From the NCBI GenBank assembly GCA_035531675.1, contig DATKSL010000033.1, positions 160,260-224,259 on the forward strand: a stretch of 64,000 nucleotides of DNA, given 5' to 3'. The notes under the pieces were generated by a model. The model was not told where the DNA came from. It searched no databases and saw only the letters and a list, made by a program, of their open reading frames with translations. Position numbers and translations under genes: made by a program. The stretch comes from Candidatus Binataceae bacterium (GTDB lineage: Bacteria > Desulfobacterota > Binatia > Binatales > Binataceae). Positions 47,433-57,185 of this stretch are shown piece by piece (positions within the stretch are counted from its first letter, which is position 1; each line of letters begins with the position of its first letter).

Positions 47433-48371
47433 CTAGTCCTTGCGGTTTCCGCCGCGCGGCTTGCGCTCTTCCAGTTCATCGACAGGGACGCCGTAGCGGC
47501 GCTGCTTCATCTGCGCGAGGTGTTGTTCGGTGGTTATACCGCTCCATTTGCCCGGCGACCACGGCCAATATTTGGCGCGCGCGCCGCCATCGAGCGGCAT
47601 GTCGACGCCGGTCAGGAACGAGGATGCGTCGGAGGCGAGGAACACCACCGCGTTGGCGATATCGCTGGCGGTACAGAAGCGTCCCAGCGGGATGCCCTGG
47701 AGAAAGTCGTCGGCGGTAAGATTATAAGGTCCGTGAATCCGCGGGTTCAGCCACTCGATCGGATAGGTCCACAGCAGATGTTCGTTGAAGGTCGGGCTGA
47801 TGGTGTTGACCCGGATTCGGTGGCGCGCCAACTCCATCGCCGCCGCCCGCGCGTAGTTGAGCAAGCCGGCCTTGGCTGCGCTGTAGCCCGAGTTGCCGGC
47901 CTCGCCCTGATGGCCGGCGTCCGAGATGATGTGAATCAGCGAACCCTCGACGCCGCGCTCCTGCATCGCGCGCGCCACGTGCTTGGTGGTCAGCATCCCG
48001 CCGGTCAGGTAGCCCTTGAGCTGCCGTTCCCAGTCGTGGAGATTGAAGTCCAGGACTTCATCCCGATACTGATTGCCGACCAGGTTGAGCATGATATCGA
48101 TCCTGCCGTAATGCTTGACGGCCTGAGTCACCAGCTCGGCGACCTCGCCCTCGAGTGATGAATCGCCCACCAGCGAGATGGCCTCGTAGCCCCGCCCGCT
48201 CAGAAATTCCCGGGCATCTTCCGCCGCCGACTGGCGAATATCGCACAGCGCCAGGCGCGCTCCCTGGCGCGCGAGAAAATGAGCGCAGGTGCCCCCGATA
48301 TTCGGACTGACGCCGAACACCATCGCGACTTTTCCATCGAGCCGCGCGTAACCGCTGTCGTTCGCCGCCAT
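47433..48371 (-). CDS. SDR family oxidoreductase with C-terminal extension
   Basis: Gly-rich Rossmann N-terminus (VFGVSPNIGG), NSGYSAAK catalytic YxxxK region and a ~60-aa C-terminal tail. Confidence 0.75.
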   Translation of the reverse strand: MAANDSGYARLDGKVAMVFGVSPNIGGTCAHFLARQGARLALCDIRQSAAEDAREFLSGRGYEAISLVGDSSLEGEVAELVTQAVKHYGRIDIMLNLVGNQYRDEVLDFNLHDWERQLKGYLTGGMLTTKHVARAMQERGVEGSLIHIISDAGHQGEAGNSGYSAAKAGLLNYARAAAMELARHRIRVNTISPTFNEHLLWTYPIEWLNPRIHGPYNLTADDFLQGIPLGRFCTASDIANAVVFLASDASSFLTGVDMPLDGGARAKYWPWSPGKWSGITTEQHLAQMKQRRYGVPVDELEERKPRGGNRKD

Positions 48372-48375
48372 CGCC

Positions 48376-49437
48376 TTAGCGCACCTCGAAAATCGTCGTC
48401 ACGAAATTGTCATTGCATACCCAGGTCGGACAGAAATCCGCATGCCGGACCGCGGCCTGCAGTTCCGTCATCGCGCCGGCCATCACGATCGTTACCAGCA
48501 TCTCCCATTGGGCATGCCGCTCCATCTCGTCGAAGCTCCAGTGCTCGCCCCAGTTATCGAATTTGCCGCGGCGCCATTGCTCGAACCGCGCGCGATCGGC
48601 CTCGACGTCGGGATGTACCCGCTCGAGCTCCCAGGCCGAGTCGTTGGCGTGCGACCAGTCGACGCCGGCCACCAGCGCGACGCGCCACGGACTGCGCCGC
48701 ATACTGACGGCGATCTGCCGGCCGAGCCGAAACGCCTCCGCCGCAGTAAGCGGCGGGTTGCGATTGCTCTGGTCCCACGGCGAGAGGCCTTCGTTGTTGC
48801 GCTCTCGGCCAAAACGGAACGGATCGATTCCGATTGGAACGATCGGAGTCGCGAATTTGCGCTGATCGAAATCGAGATGTACTGCGGTGGCGAGCGCGTT
48901 GTGCCCGAGACCATTGGCGTGCAGCGGCTCATCCACGACGCGAGCCTTGATGTCCGCGCCCTCCAAATCGCGGGCCAGCTGCAGCGCGGCAGGCCGATGA
49001 CCCGCCAGGACGTCGACCCGGTCGGGATCTTCTTCAAAATAGTTGCCGCGGAAGAAGCCCCACAGGCAGTAGAGTTGCGTGCGCACCTGCTCATGCGCGG
49101 AAATCCAGAACTGGGGCCGATCCGCGTCGGCGAAGGTCTCGCCGCTGTCGCGGTAGAGGACCATGATCAGATCCGGCGCGAAGCGATCCAGCTCCGCGCG
49201 CAACAGCCGGAATTGTTCGATTTCGTGCTGCTGGGCGATCTTGCCGGCGGTGAATCCCTGGTCCGAATCGCTGCCCCATTCGCGGCGCATCGCTTCGGGC
49301 CAGTTCCGCGGATCGCGAAGATGAGGCCGCGTCGCCCATCCAGCGCCAAGATTCGCCTGCAGAACCCACGGCATGTAGCGCGGCTTCATGCGCAGGAAGG
49401 GAAAGTCCGAGACTGTCAGTCCGAGGATTTCTGCCAT
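48376..49437 (-). CDS. LigB-like (class III extradiol ring-cleavage dioxygenase family) protein, possibly a degenerate non-catalytic type
   Basis: N-terminus MAEILGLTVSDFPFL parallels the LigB family start (GITSSHIPAL), but the first His ligand appears replaced by Asp. A second His position (NDH) aligns with RDS. A later SH motif is retained. Start at 49437; the ORF is open to 49503. Confidence 0.4.
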   Translation of the reverse strand: MAEILGLTVSDFPFLRMKPRYMPWVLQANLGAGWATRPHLRDPRNWPEAMRREWGSDSDQGFTAGKIAQQHEIEQFRLLRAELDRFAPDLIMVLYRDSGETFADADRPQFWISAHEQVRTQLYCLWGFFRGNYFEEDPDRVDVLAGHRPAALQLARDLEGADIKARVVDEPLHANGLGHNALATAVHLDFDQRKFATPIVPIGIDPFRFGRERNNEGLSPWDQSNRNPPLTAAEAFRLGRQIAVSMRRSPWRVALVAGVDWSHANDSAWELERVHPDVEADRARFEQWRRGKFDNWGEHWSFDEMERHAQWEMLVTIVMAGAMTELQAAVRHADFCPTWVCNDNFVTTIFEVR

Positions 49438-49480
49438 CGCTTTGCCGCCGTCGCTGGCGGTTGCCCGACACTTACGGCGG

Positions 49481-49498
49481 CTTGACAAGGAAGTCAAG
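49481..49498. promoter_or_regulatory. 18-bp perfect inverted repeat CTTGAC-AAGGAA-GTCAAG in the TetR/LigB-like divergent intergenic region; candidate TetR operator overlapping a TTGACA -35-like hexamer
   Basis: Read directly from the sequence. It lies in the 110-bp gap between divergent genes at 49437 (-) and 49548 (+). A second palindrome, ACAGCTGT, lies about 30 bp downstream. Confidence 0.45.
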
Positions 49499-49547
49499 CG
49501 CATGTTTCAAGGAGATGTTCTAAACAGCTGTCTGAACCGGGAGCTCG

Positions 49548-50258
49548 ATGATAGAAAAACCAGCCGCGGAAGACACCAGCGCGCGATTGCTGCAGGCCGC
49601 CGGCGAAGTATTCGCCGAGTACGGCTTCCGCGCGGCGACGGTGCGCGAAATCTGCGAGCGCGCCGGCGCCAACGTGGCCGCCGTCAACTACCATTTTCGC
49701 GACAAGGAGACGCTCTACGGGGAAGTGATTCGCTACGCCAGCCAGCGCGTGGCCGAGACCTACCCGTTCGATCCCGGGCCGAAAGGCGCCAGCGCCGAAT
49801 TTCGCCTGCGCGCGCTGGTGCGAACCTACCTGATGCGGTTTTTCGATCAGAATCTCGCCTGGTACGGTAAGCTTATTTGCCGGGAGCTGGCTGAGCCGAG
49901 CAGTTTCTTCGAACGGATCGTGGAGAGCGACGTTCGCCATTACGCGCAACAATTGACCGACACCGTAAGGGAATTCGTCGGCCCCGGCATAAGTGACGAG
50001 CAGCTCAGGATGTGCAGCAACAGCGTGGCCGGGCAGTGCCTGTTGTATCCCTACACGCGGCTGATACTGGCGCGCCTCTATCCCGACGATGTCATCAGCG
50101 CGGATTTCATCGATCGGCTGATCGATCACATCACCGGCTTTTCAATCGCCGGACTGCGAAATACGCGCCGGCGAGACGCCGGCCGCAGAAAACGGAATCA
50201 CAAGGTGGCGACCAGGGCGGCCGCCCGTCGGACCGGCGACGGCAATCTCAGGCCTTGA
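49548..50258 (+). CDS. TetR/AcrR family transcriptional regulator
   Basis: N-terminal HTH (FRAATVREICERAGANVAAVNYHFRDKETLY) typical of TetR. 236 aa. Confidence 0.8.
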   Translation: MIEKPAAEDTSARLLQAAGEVFAEYGFRAATVREICERAGANVAAVNYHFRDKETLYGEVIRYASQRVAETYPFDPGPKGASAEFRLRALVRTYLMRFFDQNLAWYGKLICRELAEPSSFFERIVESDVRHYAQQLTDTVREFVGPGISDEQLRMCSNSVAGQCLLYPYTRLILARLYPDDVISADFIDRLIDHITGFSIAGLRNTRRRDAGRRKRNHKVATRAAARRTGDGNLRP

Positions 50259-50328
50259 GATAGACGGCACGGCCCGGCAGGGCCAGCAACTCGACCCCGG
50301 TCATCACTACTTCCACCGCGAGAGCTAA

Positions 50329-51387
50329 ATGACCAAGCGTTTGGAACTGGGCGTTTTCATACCGATCGCGAACAACGGCTGGATCGTGTCGCGTACCGCA
50401 CCCCAGTACATGCCGACCTTCGATCTCAACCGGCGGATTTGTCAGCTCGCCGAACAGATCGGACTGGATTTCGTTTTCAGTATGTCGAAATGGCGCGGCT
50501 ACGGCGGCGAGACCCGGTTCTGGGACTATTCGCTGGAATCCTTGACGCTGATGGCGGCGCTGGCCGCGGTCACTCGAAAGGTCAGAATCTACGCTTCGGT
50601 GCAGCCCTTGCTGGTGCCGCCGGCGGTGGCGGCAAAGATGGCCGCGACCATCGACGACATCAGCGCCGGCCGCGCCGGAATCAACATCGTCACCGGCGCC
50701 TACCCGGATGAAACCGCGCAGATGGGCCTGTTGCCGGCCGACTACAATTCGCACCGGTACGACTACGCGGCGGAATGGATCGAGCTGGTCAGGCGGCTGT
50801 GGACCGAAGAGCGCGTCACCTATCGAGGGAAATATTTTCAACTGGAGGATTGCCGATCCAATCCGAAGCCGCTGCAGAAACCGCATCCCGACATCGTATG
50901 CGCCGGGATCTCCGAGGCCGGCATGGGTTTCACCTCGCGCCACGGCACTCATTCGTTCCTCGGCGGCCGCACCCTCGAAGAAGTCATCGTGCTGGGCCGG
51001 CGCATGAAGGAGCTGGCGCGCGCCGCCGGGCGCCCCGTCAAGACCTACACCGTGGTCACGCTGATTCAGGGCGACAGCGACGCGCACGCCAAAGAATTGT
51101 TCGATCTCTACTGTTCGGGCGCCGATACCGAGGCGCTGCAAAATGTCGTCGCGATGATGAAGGGGCCGTCCGGCGAGCTGGTGCAGGATATCGCGAAGAA
51201 ATTCGTCTTCTTCGGATGTCAACCGCTGGTCGGCGGCCCGGAGACTATCGCCTCGACGCTGAACTGGTTCGCCCGGGACGGAGGCCTCGACGGGGTGATG
51301 TTCTGCTTCCCCGACTTCATCAAGGGCCTCAATGATTTGCAGCAACGGGTTGTGCCCGTGCTCAGCGAAAAATATCGACTGCGTTAG
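50329..51387 (+). CDS. LLM class flavin-dependent monooxygenase, RutA-like
   Basis: MTKRLELGVFIPIANNGWIVSRTAPQYMPTF... is near-colinear with RutA-type sequences. Paralog of 36161-37234. Confidence 0.8.
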   Translation: MTKRLELGVFIPIANNGWIVSRTAPQYMPTFDLNRRICQLAEQIGLDFVFSMSKWRGYGGETRFWDYSLESLTLMAALAAVTRKVRIYASVQPLLVPPAVAAKMAATIDDISAGRAGINIVTGAYPDETAQMGLLPADYNSHRYDYAAEWIELVRRLWTEERVTYRGKYFQLEDCRSNPKPLQKPHPDIVCAGISEAGMGFTSRHGTHSFLGGRTLEEVIVLGRRMKELARAAGRPVKTYTVVTLIQGDSDAHAKELFDLYCSGADTEALQNVVAMMKGPSGELVQDIAKKFVFFGCQPLVGGPETIASTLNWFARDGGLDGVMFCFPDFIKGLNDLQQRVVPVLSEKYRLR

Positions 51388-51396
51388 ACTCCGCGA

Positions 51397-52419
51397 TTAA
51401 TTTTTCGCGACGATATTGGCGCGCAGCGATCCGACTGCCGGCGAGCGGACTTCCACCTTGTCGCCGGCCTTCAGGAACAGCTCGGGTGGGAAAGTTCGGT
51501 CCGGCAGCGGCTTGCTCGAATCGGCCGCGGTGCCGGCCGCAGTGCCCGCGCTGATGATGTCGCCGGCGCGCAGCGTGAAATCGCGCGACAGATACTCGAT
51601 CAACTCGCCGAACGGAAAGATCATCGCGCTGGTGTTGTAGTTCTGGCGCCGCTCGCCGTTCACATAAGTCTCGACGTCGATATTGCCTGGGTCCGCTTCG
51701 CCGACCGCGATACACGGGCCCAGCGAATGGGAGGTGTCGAAGTTCTTCGCCATCGCGAACTTGAACGGCGCCTCAGCCTCGCGGAGATCGCGGATGCTCC
51801 AGTCGCAGAGCAGCGTTACGCCCCATACGTATTCGAGGAGGTTGGCCGCCTTGATGTCCTTGCCGTCCTTGCCGAGCACTATCGCCAGCTCGCCCTCGTA
51901 GTCGAGGCGCCGGGTCACCGCGGGATAGACCACGTCGCCGTCGGGGCCCACCGCGTCGCGTCCGACCTTCCAGAATCCCCAGATGCCGTTGCGTCGAATC
52001 ACGGCGGCGATGTCGCCGGTCGTGTCGCCCGCGACCTTCGGCTGCAGACCAAGATTGGCCGCCATCCGGGCGGCGTGATCGGCGTAGTTGCTTCCGGCGC
52101 AGGCGATGCGGGCGCCCAGCGGCTTGGGTGCATGCAGCCGCGCCTCGCCCGGCGCATAGACCAGCTTCTCGCCGCGCGGTCCGAGTCGATCGTGCGCCTT
52201 ACCCAGGAATTCGAGCGCCGTCTGGGCGTATTCGAGAACGCGCGGGCCGCCTTCGATAAAACGCGCCAGGTCGGGCGGCACCAGCGCCGCCGCCATCGTG
52301 ATGGGGTGGCGCTCGCCGCGATCGCGAAGGTAACTGGCATAGGCGTAAGAGAGATCGACGATGGCTCCATCGCGGAGCGCACCGGTGCGTTTTTCCGGGC
52401 CAAATACCACTATTTTCAC
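51397..52419 (-). CDS. fumarylacetoacetate hydrolase (FAH) family protein
   Basis: FAH domain motifs. GTG start at 52419 preceded by a GGAGG RBS (MKIVVFG); the ORF is open to 52461. Confidence 0.7.
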   Translation of the reverse strand: MKIVVFGPEKRTGALRDGAIVDLSYAYASYLRDRGERHPITMAAALVPPDLARFIEGGPRVLEYAQTALEFLGKAHDRLGPRGEKLVYAPGEARLHAPKPLGARIACAGSNYADHAARMAANLGLQPKVAGDTTGDIAAVIRRNGIWGFWKVGRDAVGPDGDVVYPAVTRRLDYEGELAIVLGKDGKDIKAANLLEYVWGVTLLCDWSIRDLREAEAPFKFAMAKNFDTSHSLGPCIAVGEADPGNIDVETYVNGERRQNYNTSAMIFPFGELIEYLSRDFTLRAGDIISAGTAAGTAADSSKPLPDRTFPPELFLKAGDKVEVRSPAVGSLRANIVAKN

Positions 52420-52619
52420 GATCGCCTCCGTAGACTTCTGGGAACCGCGAGACCTGGTCATCTACTGGCACAGTGCGAGAAAAACCGCAATTTCGATCGT
52501 ATTGGGCGGCTGGGACTTTACCCCGCAAGCAGGAAAACGTGGCATATTGGCCGCGACCGCACTGCGCCAACGATGCGCACTGTCGCGCGGCGCGCGATCC
52601 TCATGAGAGGAAACAAATC

Positions 52620-53816
52620 ATGGATAGTTCCGAGCGAGTGTTGGCGAGAATCCCGCGCAGCGAACTGGAACGGCGCTGGCAAATGGTTCGCGATCATATG
52701 CGCCGAAAGAACCTCGACGTGCTGATCTTCCAGGCCAACGGCGACAGCATCCTGGGCGGTCCGGTCAGATGGATCACGGGATTTCCGGTGGGCGCCTACA
52801 TGGAGGTGGTGCTGTTCCCCGTCGATGACCTGATGACGCTGATTCAACACGGCTCAATCGGCGAGCGGCGGCGGTATCAAGGCGATGAGCCCGACCATCC
52901 CGGGGTCGGTGAGGTAATCAGCACCGCGACCTTTTTCTCGGCGCAATTCACTCACGACTACGAAGCCCGGATCGTGTTGACCGAGGTGGAGCGCAGGGGC
53001 TGGCGAAGAATCGGCCTGGTTCGAGCGGGTCAATGGCCGCACGGCTTTGCGAGATCATTGATCGAAGGAGTTTCAGGGGCTGCGGAACTCATCGACGAGA
53101 GCGAGTTCATCGAGCGTTGCAAAGCGATCAAGAGCGCGGAAGAGCGCGCGATGCTCAGAAGGACCTGCGCGATGCAGGACGAGGTCTTCGCCCGGATAAT
53201 CCGTCAGATCAAACCCGGGATGCGCGATGTCGAAGTCGCATCGCTGGCGCGGCACGAAGGCAACCGGATTGGCAGCGACGGCGAAGGCGTGTTCCTGACG
53301 GCATCCGCCCGCCTCGGCGAGCCCGCGTTCCACGGTCCCCATCACCTGCAGGGCAGAACCATCGCGCAGGGCGACCATCTGAACATCTTGATCGAGAATA
53401 ATTCGGACCAGGGCTACTACGCGGAAATCTCACGCAACATCGTGTTCGGCAAAGCCTCATCGGAGTTGCTCGAAGGATTCGAGATTGCGAAAGCGGCTCA
53501 GGAAAATACGCTGCGCCGTTTGAAGCCCGGCGCATCGTGCAAGGAAATCTACGCCGCCCACGCCGAGTTTCTGAAAGCGAAGCAGCTGCCCCCGGAGCTG
53601 AGGCTGTACTGTCACGGCCAGGGCTACGATCTCGTCGAACGTCCGCTGATCAGAGACGACGAGACGATGACGCTCGAGCCGCACATGTTTCTCGCCTGTC
53701 ATCCGCCGTATGTTTCAGCGACCACGGTCGCGGTTATCTGCGACAACTATTTCGTTGATCAGGACGGCGCGAGCGAATGTGTTCACCAGACGCCGAAGAA
53801 AGTCTTCGAGCTGTAG
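52620..53816 (+). CDS. M24 family metallopeptidase (creatinase/Xaa-Pro aminopeptidase/ectoine-hydrolase-like)
   Basis: Creatinase_N-like N-domain plus pita-bread C-domain with conserved His/Asp/Glu metal-ligand pattern. GAGAGGAAA RBS before the ATG at 52620. Confidence 0.7.
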   Translation: MDSSERVLARIPRSELERRWQMVRDHMRRKNLDVLIFQANGDSILGGPVRWITGFPVGAYMEVVLFPVDDLMTLIQHGSIGERRRYQGDEPDHPGVGEVISTATFFSAQFTHDYEARIVLTEVERRGWRRIGLVRAGQWPHGFARSLIEGVSGAAELIDESEFIERCKAIKSAEERAMLRRTCAMQDEVFARIIRQIKPGMRDVEVASLARHEGNRIGSDGEGVFLTASARLGEPAFHGPHHLQGRTIAQGDHLNILIENNSDQGYYAEISRNIVFGKASSELLEGFEIAKAAQENTLRRLKPGASCKEIYAAHAEFLKAKQLPPELRLYCHGQGYDLVERPLIRDDETMTLEPHMFLACHPPYVSATTVAVICDNYFVDQDGASECVHQTPKKVFEL

Positions 53817-53965
53817 CCAAGCGGTCGCTTAATTCAGCAGGCTTTGAGTGCAGAAAGATATATGTATCAATTTAAAGCATCCGGGATGGTGATCGGCATA
53901 GCTGAGCTTAGTCTACGTTTCGCTCGGTATGGCAGGCAAAAATCTACCCTGCGAATTAGGCGGGT

Positions 53966-53994
53966 TTGACAAACAAATAAGCCATTGTTATGGA
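53966..53994 (+). promoter_or_regulatory. candidate sigma70-like promoter (TTGACA-17 nt-TATGGA) upstream of DUF1329 paralog 2
   Basis: Hexamers and 17-nt spacing were read from the sequence. It is located in a 300-bp AT-rich leader. The -10 element is weak. Confidence 0.3.
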
Positions 53995-54113
53995 GCGGAC
54001 TGCGCGTACCGCTGTTTCGGGACTTTGAGCGTCGCTTGGGACCGACGCTGTTACAACGTGCTCGCGCGTCAATCTTGGACAAGGTTGCCGCGGCGGCCGA
54101 AAGGAAGGGGCAG

Positions 54114-55433
54114 ATGGTTACGAGTCGAACTGTTGGACGGGTTCTGGCGCTGTTCGTGGCCTTGGTTCTGATCGGCGCGTCGATGGCGCCGCCCGCGCGC
54201 GGTGCCGGGCCGGAAGCATCGCTTCCGGTCGGCACCGTCATTACCGAGAAGAACTGGGAGCAGTACAAGGCCTTCATGAACCCCGGTTTGCAGGCGCTTT
54301 GGGCCGGCACCTATCAGTGGAAGCTAGGGCCTCAGTTCTCGATGGAAATCGGGCCAACGCATCATTACGAATGGCCGCCGACCTATAAGAAGCTGACCGA
54401 GGAATACGCCGGCAAGGTTCAGATCAAGACCCTGCCTGACGGCCGCCACATCCTGGAAAACTACGTCGCCGGAATGCCGTTCCCGAACCCGCAGGAGCCG
54501 ATGAAGGGTTGGAAGATACTGGCCAACGACTGGTTCGCCTACGTTCCCTACCTGATCTGCAACGATTCAGTGGGCCAGGTGTTCCGCGATCGGATGGGCA
54601 ACGTCAGCCAGAACGAAAGCATCATCGTGCTGCGCATCTACGACCATATCGCCGATCCAAACCGGCCGGTTACGGATCCCAAGGCGTCCGGCATCTATTA
54701 CACGGAATACTTTGAACTGACCAAGCCCGAGCAGGCGCGCTATACCGCGATTCTGACGGTCTTCTACCAGGATCAGACCAAGAACGAAGATACCTTCCTG
54801 TTCGTGCCGGCGCTGCGGCGGACGCTGCGCCTGTCGTCGGCGGCGCGATGCAGCCCGGTGTTCGGCTCCGACGCCACCAACGACGACACTCGTCATGGCG
54901 CTTTCAACGGCAACATCACCAAGTTCGACGCGGCGTTCCTCGGCGATGCGCGGGTGATCGAGCAGACCAACCCGGATGTCGTCAAGTCGGGCTTCCTTGA
55001 GAATTTCATTCCGCCGCTCTATTTTCCCAAGCCCTTCATCGGCAAATGGGAAGTGCGCAACGTATACGTGATCGACGCGCGCCATATTCCTGCGCTGCGC
55101 CCCGGCTACTGCTACGGCAAGCGGATCATGTACTGCGACAAGGAGACCGGCAACGCGAAGTGGGCCGAGCTCTACGACGAGAACCTGAAGCTGTGGAAGA
55201 TCTTTTACGATCCGCAGGGGATGGTGAAGGTACCGGGCGAGGGCGAGTATTGGACCAATGCCGCCTGGGGCACGATTATCGACGTCCAGAACATCCACGA
55301 GACCTGGGTCCATCTGTCCGGCCCTACCGGTCCGGTCCGGGCAGACGCTGACTGCGGGCACGTCAATGGCGTGAATCTGACCGACGCCGGTCGCTATGGC
55401 AGCGTCCGCGGCTTGTCGGAAATCATGCGCTGA
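54114..55433 (+). CDS. DUF1329 family secreted protein (paralog 2)
   Basis: AAGGAAGGGG RBS and ATG at 54114. Signal peptide. Colinear with the 11096 gene. Confidence 0.55.
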   Translation: MVTSRTVGRVLALFVALVLIGASMAPPARGAGPEASLPVGTVITEKNWEQYKAFMNPGLQALWAGTYQWKLGPQFSMEIGPTHHYEWPPTYKKLTEEYAGKVQIKTLPDGRHILENYVAGMPFPNPQEPMKGWKILANDWFAYVPYLICNDSVGQVFRDRMGNVSQNESIIVLRIYDHIADPNRPVTDPKASGIYYTEYFELTKPEQARYTAILTVFYQDQTKNEDTFLFVPALRRTLRLSSAARCSPVFGSDATNDDTRHGAFNGNITKFDAAFLGDARVIEQTNPDVVKSGFLENFIPPLYFPKPFIGKWEVRNVYVIDARHIPALRPGYCYGKRIMYCDKETGNAKWAELYDENLKLWKIFYDPQGMVKVPGEGEYWTNAAWGTIIDVQNIHETWVHLSGPTGPVRADADCGHVNGVNLTDAGRYGSVRGLSEIMR

Positions 55434-55546
55434 CGTCTTGCCGAATCAACGGCGCATCGTGCCCTGACGCGAATTGGGGTGCGATGCGCCGTTTTCCGAT
55501 CCACATACAGCGTGACAAATCGATCCCGCGGCTTGCGGTTGATGAA

Positions 55547-57172
55547 TCAATGCATCGGCAGCGCGCCCGGCGCCGGCTTCCTGGCGAGAAACAGCAGCAG
55601 CGGTAAGGCTGCCGACATGATCGCCAGTACATAGAACACGTCGATGTAGGCGAGGGCCTGAGCCTGGCCCTGCACCGCGACATAGATCTGGGCGCGTGCA
55701 TGGGCAGTGGCATCGGCGCTGCTGATCCCGGCATGAGTAAGTTGACGGGCGAGATTGCGGATAGCGCTGCGCATCCCGGGATCGTAATTGGTGACCGATG
55801 AAACCAGCCGGGCCTGATGAAGCTGCGCGCGCTCGATTACCATCGCGGCCCCGAGCGAGATTCCGACGCTGCCGCCGACATTGCGCATCAGGTTGACCAG
55901 CCCCGAAATCTGATTGTTATCCTCCTGCGCCGAATCCGTGTAAGCCAGCGTGTTGAGCGGGATGAACAGGAAGGCGAGGCCGATGCACTGGTAAACCCGC
56001 AACATCACGCCGTGCCAGAAATCGATCTGCAGGTCGATACCGGTGAGGATGTAGAGCGAAATCGCCATCGCGATGAAGCCCACCGCCACCAGCCAGCGTG
56101 CGTCGACACGCGCCGAGAGCGCCCCGACCAGCGGCATCAGCACCAGTATCGCGATACCGCCGGGCGAAATCATCAGACCGGCAAGCTCCGCCGTGTAACC
56201 CATCAGCATCTGCACGAAGACCGGCAGCATAAAGGTCGTGCTGTAGAGCATTACCCCGAGCGCGAACATCAGGGCCGCAGCGACCGCGAAGCTGCGATTC
56301 TTGAATAGCCTGAGGTCGACGATTGGATGGTCGTGGCGCAATTCCCAGACCACCCCCACTATCAGCGCGAGCAGGCTGACGACGCCAAAGATCACGATGA
56401 AGTGCGACTGGAACCAACCGGCCTCTTCGCCCTTGTCGAGCATCACCTGCAGCGGGCCGAAGGTCAGCGCCAGCAGCGCGAGGCCGACGTAATCGACGCG
56501 AAAACCGCGGGCGAAGGCTGCCTGGCGCTCGGTTTCGAGATAAGGCGGGTCCTCCACCACTTCGTAGCTCAGCAGCAGCGAGAGGATTCCGATCGGGATG
56601 TTGATGAAGAAGATCCAGCGCCAGTTGAAGTTGTCGGTTATCCAGCCGCCGAGTGTCGGACCGATGATCGGCGCCAGCACGATCGCCATCCCGTAGACCG
56701 CGAAGCCCATTCCGAGATCGCCGCCCACAAACGTATCGGCGAGAATCCCCTGCTCGACCGGCGCCAGTCCGCCGCCCCCGGCCCCCTGCATGCATCGGAA
56801 CGCGATCAGCAGCCCCAGCGAAGGGGCAATTCCGCATAGCAAAGAACTGATCGTAAAGATTGCGACGCAACTCATGTAGAAACGCTTGCGGCCCATGAAG
56901 GTGGAGGCCCAGGCGCTGGCCGGCAGCACGATCGCGTTGGCCACCAGGTACGAGGTCAGCACCCAGGTGCTTTCGTCGACCGTCGCCGACAGTCCGCCCG
57001 CGATATGCGGCAGTGCGACGTTGGCGACACTGGTATCGAGAATTTCCATGAAAGTCGCGAGCGTCACCGTCAGCGCTACGACCCAGCGGTTATGGTGCGG
57101 CTTCCACGGCGCGGCGTCGGACCGCGGCGGATTCGGCGCGGAAGGTGATTGCGATTGGGCCGCGCTGCTCAT
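55547..57172 (-). CDS. MFS DHA2-family (EmrB/QacA-type, 14-TMS) multidrug efflux permease
   Basis: 14 hydrophobic segments. Motifs LDxSVANVALP and GxRRxxxxS typical of EmrB. 541 aa. Confidence 0.8.
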   Translation of the reverse strand: MSSAAQSQSPSAPNPPRSDAAPWKPHHNRWVVALTVTLATFMEILDTSVANVALPHIAGGLSATVDESTWVLTSYLVANAIVLPASAWASTFMGRKRFYMSCVAIFTISSLLCGIAPSLGLLIAFRCMQGAGGGGLAPVEQGILADTFVGGDLGMGFAVYGMAIVLAPIIGPTLGGWITDNFNWRWIFFINIPIGILSLLLSYEVVEDPPYLETERQAAFARGFRVDYVGLALLALTFGPLQVMLDKGEEAGWFQSHFIVIFGVVSLLALIVGVVWELRHDHPIVDLRLFKNRSFAVAAALMFALGVMLYSTTFMLPVFVQMLMGYTAELAGLMISPGGIAILVLMPLVGALSARVDARWLVAVGFIAMAISLYILTGIDLQIDFWHGVMLRVYQCIGLAFLFIPLNTLAYTDSAQEDNNQISGLVNLMRNVGGSVGISLGAAMVIERAQLHQARLVSSVTNYDPGMRSAIRNLARQLTHAGISSADATAHARAQIYVAVQGQAQALAYIDVFYVLAIMSAALPLLLFLARKPAPGALPMH

Positions 57173-57185
57173 CGGGCCGGGCGCG

